Shown piece by piece: positions 1 to 8,596 of a DNA stretch of 64,000 nt (the stretch's first letter is position 1; every line of letters begins with the position of its first letter). The DNA is taken from the NCBI GenBank assembly GCA_965232875.1, contig OZ247431.1:1110273-1174272 (forward strand), in the 5' to 3' direction. The stretch is from Dehalococcoidia bacterium (lineage in GTDB: Bacteria > Chloroflexota > Dehalococcoidia > Bin125). The notes beneath the pieces are model-generated. The model did not search any database and was not told the origin of the DNA. It was given only the letters and a program-made list of their open reading frames with translations. Made by a program: the position numbers and the translations under genes.

Positions 1-46
1 GGTTGGTGCTGCGACTGACGATGTCGGGCATGATGGGGGCTTCAGC
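1..46 (-). pseudogene. Remnant duplicate of the GMC oxidoreductase 3' end; the minus-strand translation ...LHAEAPIMPDIVSRSTN resembles ...LRVADASIMPDIVSCNTN of the intact gene
   Basis: About 36 of 46 nt identical to positions 587-632 (the 3' end of the 540..2063 gene). In-frame continuation into 47..130 is not GMC-like and no long minus-strand ORF is present, so this is a fragment, not a paralog. Confidence 0.4.
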
Positions 47-523
47 ATGAAGCTTAGGTATTGGACCACTCTGTTTGGCGTCATCCTGGCAATCGGAGGG
101 TGCGCGATCGTGTGCCAAGGTGGGGATGAGGTGGAACCGGTGATCGGGCCGTTTCCGGAGCAGGCAGAAGATGTGGAACTCGAAGAGTTGATTGGTCCGA
201 AATACATCCGTGCCGCAGGAGGCGGCTCACTGTGTGGAAGCGATGTCTTTTCTACTTACGCTGGAGCCGCTGTGCCGCACGGCCTGTCCGCGACAAGTGT
301 GTTGCCGGCAGAACTGGTGCAAGTGGTTGAAGAGTTTGGTTGGACGATCGACCAATATCAGCACCGGTGGTTTGGAGAGTATCGTGTGGTACTACTATTG
401 ACTACGGTCGATGAATCAACACAGGCGCTGTTTGCGCATGCATTGGAGTTAAAGCGGCTAGCGCCGGAGGACGGAGATGAGTTCTGGTCGGTCCCAGAGC
501 GACAATTGGCGCGGTCGTGTTGA
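47..523 (+). CDS. Hypothetical lipoprotein (signal peptide with lipobox LAIGGC)
   Basis: 158-aa ORF. N-terminal hydrophobic segment followed by Cys (MKLRYWTTLFGVILAIGGCA). No recognisable family. Sits between the GMC 3'-end remnant and the intact GMC gene. Confidence 0.45.
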   Translation: MKLRYWTTLFGVILAIGGCAIVCQGGDEVEPVIGPFPEQAEDVELEELIGPKYIRAAGGGSLCGSDVFSTYAGAAVPHGLSATSVLPAELVQVVEEFGWTIDQYQHRWFGEYRVVLLLTTVDESTQALFAHALELKRLAPEDGDEFWSVPERQLARSC

Positions 524-539
524 CGGGTGATGTGGACTG

Positions 540-2063
540 TTATTGCAGATCCTCCGCCACGCGTTCGCCGATCATGATGGCGGTCAAGTTGGTGTTGCAG
601 CTGACGATGTCAGGCATGATTGAGGCGTCGGCGACTCTCAGGTGTTCGGTCTGATGGACTCGGCCTCTCTGATCGGTGACGGCCAGCGGGTCGGTCGAGC
701 GACCCATCCGCGCCGTGCCGCAGATATGCCAAGTCGTTGAGGTGGTTCGGCGGACGTAGTCTGCCAGGGCGTTGTCTGACTCCATCACCTCAGGTCTCGG
801 TGCAATCACGCGTTCGGTGAACTGCGCGATTTTGCCCGAGTGCATGATCTCCCAGCAGAGCCGCGCGCCGTCCATCAGCCGGCGCAGATCCTCGGGGTGC
901 GAGGCGTAGTTCATGTCGAGCTGCGGCTGCTCCGACGGGTCTGTCGAGCGCAGCGTCACTGAGCCGCGCGAGAGCGGACGCTGAATCACCGCGCCGATGC
1001 CAAACGACGGATGCTGCCGCGGCGCCTCCGTCAGGCCGCGCACCTGTTCCTCGTCCCAGATCGTCGAGATCGCGAGTTGCATGTCGTTGAACAGATCGGA
1101 GCCGGGCGCGGTGTATCGCACGCCGATCTCGGTGACCACGTCGGGGTCATGCACAACATCGGGCTTGGGGAACGCCTGCACGCCGGTACCGAAGTGATCG
1201 ATCAGGTTCTCGCCGACGCCCGGCAGGGCCACGCGTTGCTTGATTCCGTGAGGCGAGAGCTTCTCCGCCGGACCAATCCCGCTACGCATCAAGATTGCCG
1301 GCGACACTGCCGATCCAGCCGAGACGCAGACGCGGTCGCTGTTGATGACTTCGCTGTCGCTGAGGATCACGCCGTTGACGCGAGCGCCGGAGTCGCCGTC
1401 GAAACTCAGTTTGTCGACCAACACGCCGTGCCGAATGGTCAGATTCTCGCGGTCGCGGATTCCGAGCAGGTAGGCAATGTTGGTTGAGATGCGGTTGCCG
1501 TTGCTGCGATTGCGCGGCCACGGTCCGACGCCGGTCGCATCGGGCAGGTTGTGGTCCCAGACATCGTCGAATCCGTTGCCGCGGCAGGCGTCGTAGAAGG
1601 CGCGCTGCAGCGGTTGCCAGTTTCCGGATGGCTCACGTTCGATCGGAACGGGACCAGATTGCCCGTGGAAGTCGCCGCCTTCAGGATCAGATTCGAGGCG
1701 TCGGTAGTAGGGCAGGACATCCTCGAAGCGCCACTCGTCGCAGCCGTGCGCGACCCACGACTCGAAGTCGCCGGGTACGCCGCGCAGAGCGATCGTCCCG
1801 TTGACCGCCGACGAACCGCCCATCACCTTGCCCCGATGCAGCGGAAACTCGCGACCATGCCGGGCATTGGCCTGGAATCCCCAGTCGTGATCGCGCCACG
1901 AGACCCATGGCTTGAGCAGGTCACGAGGCATGTCCTCGACGCGGGTGTAATCCGGCCCAGCCTCAAGCAGCAATACCCTCCGATTCGGGTCCTCGGACAA
2001 CCGAGCCGCAATCACCGCTCCCGCCGATCCTGCGCCGATGATGATGTCGTCGTACGTTGCCAT
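540..2063 (-). CDS. GMC-family FAD-dependent oxidoreductase (choline/alcohol dehydrogenase-like)
   Basis: 507 aa. N-terminal Rossmann DIIIGAGSAGAVIAARLSE...VLLLEAG. Typical GMC C-terminal region with active-site His (HICGTARMG). Family-wide similarity. Confidence 0.9.
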   Translation of the reverse strand: MATYDDIIIGAGSAGAVIAARLSEDPNRRVLLLEAGPDYTRVEDMPRDLLKPWVSWRDHDWGFQANARHGREFPLHRGKVMGGSSAVNGTIALRGVPGDFESWVAHGCDEWRFEDVLPYYRRLESDPEGGDFHGQSGPVPIEREPSGNWQPLQRAFYDACRGNGFDDVWDHNLPDATGVGPWPRNRSNGNRISTNIAYLLGIRDRENLTIRHGVLVDKLSFDGDSGARVNGVILSDSEVINSDRVCVSAGSAVSPAILMRSGIGPAEKLSPHGIKQRVALPGVGENLIDHFGTGVQAFPKPDVVHDPDVVTEIGVRYTAPGSDLFNDMQLAISTIWDEEQVRGLTEAPRQHPSFGIGAVIQRPLSRGSVTLRSTDPSEQPQLDMNYASHPEDLRRLMDGARLCWEIMHSGKIAQFTERVIAPRPEVMESDNALADYVRRTTSTTWHICGTARMGRSTDPLAVTDQRGRVHQTEHLRVADASIMPDIVSCNTNLTAIMIGERVAEDLQ

Positions 2064-2183
2064 AGTGTCCCCTACTTGCGTCCCGATCCGTGGGCTGAGG
2101 ATACGTCAGCATTGCGCCGGAACTTGATCAGCGAGGCGAGATCATCCGATAACGTGACGCAGAGCAATACCAGCGTCCTCGCC

Positions 2184-2346
2184 TCCGTCATTCCTGCGAA
2201 GGCAGGAATCACGAAACACCCATGTCGTCAACGAGACTGGGCAATGACGTACCTCATCCTCAGCAAGCGGAGATCGGGGTACAGCGAGACGCTTTGCCGC
2301 TATCGATGAACCGAGGATCGTGATTCCTGCCTTCGCAGGAAAGACG
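2184..2346. repeat. MITE-like composite: two inverted copies of a ~29-bp hairpin unit (CCGTCATTCCTGCGAAGGCAGGAATCACG at 2184-2212; CGTGATTCCTGCCTTCGCAGGAAAGACG at 2319-2346) flanking ~100 bp
   Basis: Each unit is a perfect 8-bp stem hairpin, and the two units are reverse complements of each other. Same family recurs at 52752-52780 and 54584-54612. Located in the divergent intergenic region between the GMC gene and the CoA-transferase gene. Confidence 0.6.
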
Positions 2347-2382
2347 AAACAACGAGAAATCGGGGAAGTGTTGAGGACTTGA

Positions 2383-4830
2383 GTGAGCGACTCCATGCCT
2401 GACGATCTGGTCCCGGCGTATGAAGGCTTGGTCGTCGTCGATCTGTCGCGACGATTGTCCGGCGCCTTCGCAGCGCGACTCTTTGCCGATCACGGCGCCG
2501 ACGTCGTGATGCTGGAGCCGCCAGAGGGTCATCCCTTGCGGCATGAAGCGCCGTTCCTCAACGACGAACCGGGTGTGGAGCGTTCTGCGCTGCATGCCTA
2601 TGCCAACTGGAACAAGCGCTCGGCGATGATTGCCGATCCGTCCGAATCCGAGCCCTGGATTGCCGGCGCTGATGTCGTGATCACGACCGATGGCCCTGCG
2701 GCGCTCGCGGCCTGGCCGCTGTCGGGGATGCGATCCGACGCGGTGCATCTCTCGGTGACGCCCTTTGGACTGGATGGCCCGCTGGCCAACACCCCAGGAG
2801 GCAACCTGACGATCAATGCGCGCTGCGGCTGGGCCTACATCAATGCGATGCAGGACGACGCTCCGGTGACGCTGCCCTCTCGACAGACCGGCCTCGTTGG
2901 CGGTCTTGCTGCGTTCGTGGCAGGGTCGGCGGCGCTGAGACGCCGATGGGAATCGCAGCTGCCAGAGGTGTGCGATGTTCGTGAGATGGAGGCGCTGACC
3001 CACACTGGCTATCCGTGGTCAATCGGCGCGATTTACCAGGGCATTGGCTGGTCGCGCGGCGCAGCCGGCGGTCGTCCTCGCGGAGAGCCCGGTCCGCTGT
3101 TCGACGCCGCCGATGGACATATGAACTTCGGCTTCGGCGACTGGCACAACTGGCAGCAAGCGATGGAGCTGTTCAATCTGCCCGACCAGGCTGCGCGCGA
3201 AGAGCTGCATGCGCACGACGGCCGTTACTCGAAGGACCTCGAACCGGTCCGAGCTGGCGTCGCCCGTGAACTAGTCCAGATCGAAAAGTGGCCGCTGTTT
3301 CACAGCCTGGCCAAGCTGCGTTGCATCTCGGGCGTGCTGCAGACGATCCCTGAACTGGTCGAACACGAACAACTGCTATCGCGAGACTTCATCGTCGAGA
3401 CCGAGTTGGACGGCGAGACGGTCCGGGCGTCAGGCAATCCGCACCCGACTTCGCCACCGAGTTGGTCGCTGCGATCTCCGGCACCAGCACTGGGCTCCGA
3501 CACCGAAGGTCCGCTGAAATCCAATGCCGTGCCAACCGAGGTCGCTGCAACAGCAACGGGTCCGTTGGACGGCGTTCGCATCCTCACATTCACCCAGGCC
3601 TGGAGTGGCACCTTCTGCACGGAACTGTTGGGCTTCCTCGGCGCTGACGTCGTGCAGATTGAGGCTTTGCAACGGGTCGACATATGGCGCACGGTAGGTC
3701 CCCGGGTGCCGAACGCCATTCTGGACAACGCGAAGCCACAACACCCCCTCAACACTCAGGGCCTCTACAACGCGGTCAATCTGAACAAACGAGCAATCAC
3801 ACTGGACCTGCGCTCGGACGAGGGCAAAGAGCTGTTCTGGCGAATGGTTCCCCAATTTGATGTCGTCGCCGAAAACTTCCGCCCCGGCGTCCTCGATGGT
3901 TGGGGCATCACGCTGGACGCCCTGGCTGAACAGCGCCCCGACATCATCCTGGCCAGGATCTCCGGCTACGGTATCACCGGCCCCTATGCGCCATATCCCG
4001 CGAACGGCGCGACCACTGAGCCGATGTCTGGGTTGTCGTCGATTCACGGGTATGAAGACGAACCGGGCATGAACACCGGTGGTCTCTATCCCGATCCGAT
4101 CTCTGGATACTCGGCTGCGTCCGCAATCATCGCCGCCATCGCTCGGCGAGCACGCGTCGGTGGACCGCAGGAGATTGATGTCGCGATGCTCGAAGCGATG
4201 GGCATTGTGGTCGGCGATGCCATCGCCGAATACGATGCGACCGGCCGGACTCCAGGGCCGCTTGGCAATCACGACCGACAGCGGGCCCCGCACAATATCT
4301 ATCCCTGCACCGGCGACGATGAGTGGGTCGCCGTCTCCGTGGAATCGGACGACGAGTGGCGAAGTCTGTGCCTGGAAATGGACGCCGCCGGTCTCTCCGA
4401 GGATGCGCGATTCGCCGATGCCGCATCGCGCAAGGCGAATGAGTCGGCGCTGGATACGATCGTCGCGGAGTGGACCTCAGCGCAGGACTCAACGGACGTG
4501 GAGCGACGATTGCTCGGGATAGGCATCGACGCGGCGCGTGTGAATCCGATGTACGACCTGTTCGGTTCGCCTGATCCGTATCTGGAATCGAGTGGCTTCG
4601 TCCAGTCAGTCGATCACCCAGAGGTCGGCCCCTCGTGGTTGCCGGGAGCCCCATGGCGCTTCAGCGGATCGGAAGATCGCCTGCTGAGACCGGCGCCATG
4701 CGTGGGTGAGCACTCGTTCGAGGTGTTGTCGCAAGAGCTGGGCATCAGCGAAGCTGAGTATCGATCGTTGGTGGAGCGCCGCATCACAGGAACGCTGTAC
4801 GAGGCCGCGGAGGCAGCGACAGCAGACTGA
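2383..4830 (+). CDS. Fused tandem family-III CoA-transferase (two CaiB/BaiF domains in one 815-aa polypeptide)
   Basis: N-terminal half LEGLVVVDLSRRLSGAFAARLFADHGADVVMLEPP and second half GPLDGVRILTFTQAWSGTFCTELLGFLGADVVQIE. Both match the CaiB/BaiF/Frc N-terminal signature. GTG start with GAGGA 5 nt upstream. Confidence 0.85.
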   Translation: MSDSMPDDLVPAYEGLVVVDLSRRLSGAFAARLFADHGADVVMLEPPEGHPLRHEAPFLNDEPGVERSALHAYANWNKRSAMIADPSESEPWIAGADVVITTDGPAALAAWPLSGMRSDAVHLSVTPFGLDGPLANTPGGNLTINARCGWAYINAMQDDAPVTLPSRQTGLVGGLAAFVAGSAALRRRWESQLPEVCDVREMEALTHTGYPWSIGAIYQGIGWSRGAAGGRPRGEPGPLFDAADGHMNFGFGDWHNWQQAMELFNLPDQAAREELHAHDGRYSKDLEPVRAGVARELVQIEKWPLFHSLAKLRCISGVLQTIPELVEHEQLLSRDFIVETELDGETVRASGNPHPTSPPSWSLRSPAPALGSDTEGPLKSNAVPTEVAATATGPLDGVRILTFTQAWSGTFCTELLGFLGADVVQIEALQRVDIWRTVGPRVPNAILDNAKPQHPLNTQGLYNAVNLNKRAITLDLRSDEGKELFWRMVPQFDVVAENFRPGVLDGWGITLDALAEQRPDIILARISGYGITGPYAPYPANGATTEPMSGLSSIHGYEDEPGMNTGGLYPDPISGYSAASAIIAAIARRARVGGPQEIDVAMLEAMGIVVGDAIAEYDATGRTPGPLGNHDRQRAPHNIYPCTGDDEWVAVSVESDDEWRSLCLEMDAAGLSEDARFADAASRKANESALDTIVAEWTSAQDSTDVERRLLGIGIDAARVNPMYDLFGSPDPYLESSGFVQSVDHPEVGPSWLPGAPWRFSGSEDRLLRPAPCVGEHSFEVLSQELGISEAEYRSLVERRITGTLYEAAEAATAD

Positions 4831-4867
4831 ACCAGGGACCGGTATAGACCCCGGGCCCGTTTTACAT

Positions 4868-5082
4868 GATTCAGTCCCCGCTGTACGGAGACCCTTGCAA
4901 AACTTCCGAATCCCCTCTCCCCCCCTTGCGGGGGAGATGTCACGGAGTGACAGAGGGGGGGTCGGCTGATGATGACCAGGTGAGGCTCCCGAACAGCGCC
5001 CTCCCTGCCTTCGGCATCTCCCCCGCAAAGGGGGGAGAAGGGGAGTTATTCCAAGGTCTCCGTAGAGCGGGAACTGGAACTG
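4868..5082. repeat. Copy A of a ~200-bp long imperfect palindromic repeat element (nested hairpins)
   Basis: Inner arms CTCCCCCCCTTGCGGGGGAGATG / CATCTCCCCCGCAAAGGGGGGAGAAG. Central palindrome GTCACGGAGTGAC. Outer arms CAGTCCCCGCTGTACGGAGACC / GGTCTCCGTAGAGCGGGAACTG. Near-identical copies at 12352-12535 and 62893-63075. Sits immediately 3' of the CoA-transferase stop. Confidence 0.75.
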
Positions 5083-5169
5083 AAGCCCTTGAAGAACGAT
5101 GGCGCTGATATCGTAGCGACAGTTGACGAGACTGAATTCGCTTCGTCCCGACTAAATCTGGAGTGATGT

Positions 5170-8100
5170 ATGCCGCCGAGTGGATCTGTGTCGCCCGTTT
5201 CCAAGCTGTTGATTGCCAATCGTGGCGAGATTGCGATTCGTGTGGCTCGTGCGGCCTCCGATCTGGGCATTGCCACCGTCTCCGTCTACTCCAAGGACGA
5301 CGCCAGGTCTCTGCACGTTCACGCCGCCGATGAAGCGGTCGAGCTCGATGCGCTGGGCGTCCAGGCATACCTCGACATTGACGGCCTGATTGCGGCCGCG
5401 CAATCGACCGGCTGCGACGCGGTGCATCCCGGTTACGGATTCCTGTCAGAGTCGGCAGAGTTTGCCCGACGCTGCCGAGATGCAAGCATCACCTTCGTCG
5501 GTCCGACAGCGCATCTGCTCGATCTGTTCGGGGACAAGGTCCGCGCCAGGCAGGCTGCGAGAGAAGCCGGCGTGCCGGTGATTGAAGGCTCCGACCAGGC
5601 AGTCACCCTGAGCGAAGCGGTTGACTTCTTCGAGTCGCTGGGCGAAGACGCGGCGGTGATGCTCAAGGCGGTAGCAGGCGGCGGCGGACGAGGCTCGCGG
5701 GCAGTCACCGACATCAACGAAATGGAGGCCGCCTGGGAGCGCTGCGAGTCCGAGGCGCGCATGTCGTTCGGCTCCGGCGCGCTGTACATCGAGCAGCTCA
5801 TTCCCCGCGCCCGACACATCGAAGTGCAGGTGATTGGAGACTTGCACGGCGGTGTCGGTCACCTGTGGGAGCGCGAGTGCTCGGTCCAGCGGCGATTCCA
5901 GAAGATCGTGGAGATCGCGCCGGCGCCACACCTGGAAACATCCACGCGCGAAGCCATCGTCGAGGCGGCCGTACGTATCGCACGCGACGTGGGCTACTCG
6001 TCTCTGGGCACGTTCGAGTTCCTGTTGGACGCCTCAGACGGCTCGAATGACGCCTTCTTCTTCCTCGAGGCGAACGCGCGACTACAGGTCGAGCACACCG
6101 TGACCGAACAGGTCACCGGCGTCGACCTGGTCCAGTCGCAACTGCGAGCTGCGCAAGGCGCATCAATCTCCGACCTCGGCCTCGACGATCCGTCCTGGCT
6201 GCGTCCACGTGGGTTCGCGATTCAGACCCGCGTCAACATGGAAACACTCACGCCCGACGGCTCGGTGCGTCCGGCGTCAGGCACGCTCAAGGCTTATGAG
6301 GCGCCCTCTGGGCCGGGTGTGCGCACCGACGGCTTCGGCTACGTCGGCTACCAGACATCTACTTCGTTCGACTCGCTGCTGGCGAAGGTGATCGCGCACG
6401 CTCCGGCGCCAAGATTCGAGGATGCGTTGACGCGCTCGTTGCGCGCGCTGTCCGAGTTCCGGATTGAAGGCGTCGCGACGAACATCCCGTTCCTCACCAA
6501 CGTGCTGGAGCATGCCGACCTCGTCGAAGGTCGTGTCCACACTCGCTGGGTCGACGAGCAGATGGCCGAGTTGGCGACGTTCAATGGCGCGCAGCGCGTG
6601 CGCTATCTGCAAGCGGAAGCACCGACGGCCGACAGCGGGTTCGCCGGCGCGCGCGTTGATTCGCGTGATCCATTGGCGCTCTTTCAGCACGATCAGGAAG
6701 TCAAGCAGCAGCAGTCCTTGCAGGTCGTCGAGGAAGAGGCGCCGGACTTGACCGGTCCGGAAGGCTCAATCGGTCTGCCCGCGCCGATCCAGGGCACGAT
6801 CGTTTCGATCATGGTCGAAGAGGGTCAGGAAGTGCGGAAGGGCCAGGACCTCGTCGCGATGGAAGCGATGAAGATGGAGCATGTGATCTCCGCCGACCGC
6901 GACGGGATCGTCAAGGCGTTGGGCTGCTCCATCGGCGATGTGATCCGTGAAGGCTTCCCACTCGTCTTCATCCTCGAGGCGGAAGTCTCGGTCGAGGCGA
7001 TCGGTGACGACGACCTGATCGACCCCGATTTCATCCGACCCGACCTACAGGAAAACTACGACCGACACGCCTACACGCTGGACGAAAATCGGCCCATCGC
7101 TGTGTCCAAACGTCGCGGACGCGGCTACCGCATGCCGCGCGAGAACATTGAACAACTCGTCGATCCGGGTTCATTCCAGGAATACTGGCCGCTGATCGTG
7201 GCGCGTCAGCACCAGCGCAATACCGACGAGCAACTGAGAGAGAACACACCTGCCGACGGTCTGCTCGCCGGTACGGCGACGATCAATGGCGACCTGTTTG
7301 ACGATGAGCGGGACGCCCGCGCGATTGTCGTGCATTACGACTACACGGTGCTCGCGGGCACGCAGGGCGGTCGCAATCACTACAAGCAGGACCGCATGTT
7401 TGAAATGGCGCGCCGCTTCAACTTCCCCATTGTCTTCTACACCGAGGGTGGGGGCGGAAGGCCCGGCGACGACCGGACCGGTCCCGGCGTGGCGTTCGAT
7501 ACCTACACGTTCACGCAGTTTTCGAAGCTCTCGGGCCAGGTGCCGCTGGTCGGTGTGACCAATGGTCGCTGTTTCGCCGGCAACACGGCGCTGCTTGCCT
7601 GCTGCGACGTGATCATCGCCACTGAAGGCTCAACCGTCGCGATGGGCGGTCCGGCAATGATCGAGGGCGGCGGCCTCGGCATCTATACGCCGGAAGAGGT
7701 CGGACCGATGTCGTTCCAGGTCCCGAATGGTGTGGTCGACATCCTCTGCAAGGATGAGGAAGAGGCGACCGATATCGCCAAGAAGTATCTGAGCTACTTC
7801 CAGGGACCGATCAAGGAATGGACCGCGCCCGATCAGCGCCGTCTGCGCCACATCGTGCCTGAGAACCGGTTGCGTCTCTACGACATGAAAGAGATCATCC
7901 ACACGATCGCCGATGAAGGCTCGGTGCTGGAGATTCGCGAGAAGTTCGGGATCGGGATCATCACTGCGTTCATCCGCGTCGAGGGACATGCGATCGGCGT
8001 GATCGCGAACAACCCGCATCACCTGGCCGGCGCGATCGACTCTGACGGCTCGGACAAGGGCGCGAGATTCCTGCAGCTCTGCGACGCGTTCGATATCCCC

Positions 8101-8592
8101 GTGCTCAGTCTGATGGATTGCCCCGGCATGATGGTCGGCCCCGATGTCGAAGCGACGGCGCTGGTGCGTCACTGTGCACGGATGTTCAACACCGGGGCCA
8201 ACTTGAGTGTGCCGCTGTTCGGCGTGGTCGTGCGCAAGGCGTATGGACTCGGAGTCCAGGCGATGTGCGGGGCCAGCGCGCTGGTCGGATTCTTCACTGT
8301 CGCCTGGCCGACGGCCGAGTTCGCCGGCATGAACATCGAAGGTTCAGTGAAGCTTGGATATCGCAAAGAACTCATCGCGATCGAGGACCCCGAGGAGCGG
8401 ATCGAGACCTACGAGCACATGGTGGCGCGAGCGTACGACAACGCCAAAGCAGTCAACTCAGCCGCCGGCGGTGGTCTCGATGATGTGATCGATCCCGCAG
8501 ACACGCGCGAGTGGATTGCCAACGGCCTCAAGCGCCTCCCGCCAACGCCAGAGCGCACTGGCAAGAAGCGTCCCTACATCGATACGTGGTAA
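5170..8592 (+). CDS. Single-chain multidomain biotin-dependent acyl-CoA carboxylase (BC - BCCP - CT)
   Basis: 1140 aa. N-terminal biotin carboxylase (LIANRGEIAIRVARAASDLGI..., ATP-grasp). Biotinyl domain with the EAMKMEH biotinylation motif near residue 560. C-terminal ~520-aa carboxyltransferase domain (propionyl-CoA carboxylase beta-like, GGGRPGDD). RBS GGAGTGA precedes the start. Confidence 0.9.
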   Translation: MPPSGSVSPVSKLLIANRGEIAIRVARAASDLGIATVSVYSKDDARSLHVHAADEAVELDALGVQAYLDIDGLIAAAQSTGCDAVHPGYGFLSESAEFARRCRDASITFVGPTAHLLDLFGDKVRARQAAREAGVPVIEGSDQAVTLSEAVDFFESLGEDAAVMLKAVAGGGGRGSRAVTDINEMEAAWERCESEARMSFGSGALYIEQLIPRARHIEVQVIGDLHGGVGHLWERECSVQRRFQKIVEIAPAPHLETSTREAIVEAAVRIARDVGYSSLGTFEFLLDASDGSNDAFFFLEANARLQVEHTVTEQVTGVDLVQSQLRAAQGASISDLGLDDPSWLRPRGFAIQTRVNMETLTPDGSVRPASGTLKAYEAPSGPGVRTDGFGYVGYQTSTSFDSLLAKVIAHAPAPRFEDALTRSLRALSEFRIEGVATNIPFLTNVLEHADLVEGRVHTRWVDEQMAELATFNGAQRVRYLQAEAPTADSGFAGARVDSRDPLALFQHDQEVKQQQSLQVVEEEAPDLTGPEGSIGLPAPIQGTIVSIMVEEGQEVRKGQDLVAMEAMKMEHVISADRDGIVKALGCSIGDVIREGFPLVFILEAEVSVEAIGDDDLIDPDFIRPDLQENYDRHAYTLDENRPIAVSKRRGRGYRMPRENIEQLVDPGSFQEYWPLIVARQHQRNTDEQLRENTPADGLLAGTATINGDLFDDERDARAIVVHYDYTVLAGTQGGRNHYKQDRMFEMARRFNFPIVFYTEGGGGRPGDDRTGPGVAFDTYTFTQFSKLSGQVPLVGVTNGRCFAGNTALLACCDVIIATEGSTVAMGGPAMIEGGGLGIYTPEEVGPMSFQVPNGVVDILCKDEEEATDIAKKYLSYFQGPIKEWTAPDQRRLRHIVPENRLRLYDMKEIIHTIADEGSVLEIREKFGIGIITAFIRVEGHAIGVIANNPHHLAGAIDSDGSDKGARFLQLCDAFDIPVLSLMDCPGMMVGPDVEATALVRHCARMFNTGANLSVPLFGVVVRKAYGLGVQAMCGASALVGFFTVAWPTAEFAGMNIEGSVKLGYRKELIAIEDPEERIETYEHMVARAYDNAKAVNSAAGGGLDDVIDPADTREWIANGLKRLPPTPERTGKKRPYIDTW
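8541..8592. repeat. Left copy of a 52-bp imperfect direct repeat (last 17 codons plus stop of the carboxylase gene)
   Basis: GCCAACGCCAGAGCGCACTGGCAAGAAGCGTCCCTACATCGATACGTGGTAA. Matches 9654-9705 at 48/52 positions. Confidence 0.8.
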
Positions 8593-8596
8593 TCGC

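Noticed and set aside
1551-2309. Long antisense or alternative-frame ORFs overlapping confident genes (e.g. 1551..2309 +, 2260..3003 -, 3430..4293 -, 19241..20533 +, 56367..57611 +, 58474..59595 +, 61327..62334 -, 54077..54337 +)
   Set aside because: They lie antisense to or out of frame with strongly supported CDSs. Their products are Arg/Pro/Ala-rich low-complexity strings typical of open frames in high-GC DNA. No independent support.
8516-8596. Track start 8516 for the lipoprotein gene (an 80-nt overlap with the carboxylase)
   Set aside because: The signal peptide begins at the ATG at 8597, and the overlap region is carboxylase C-terminal coding.
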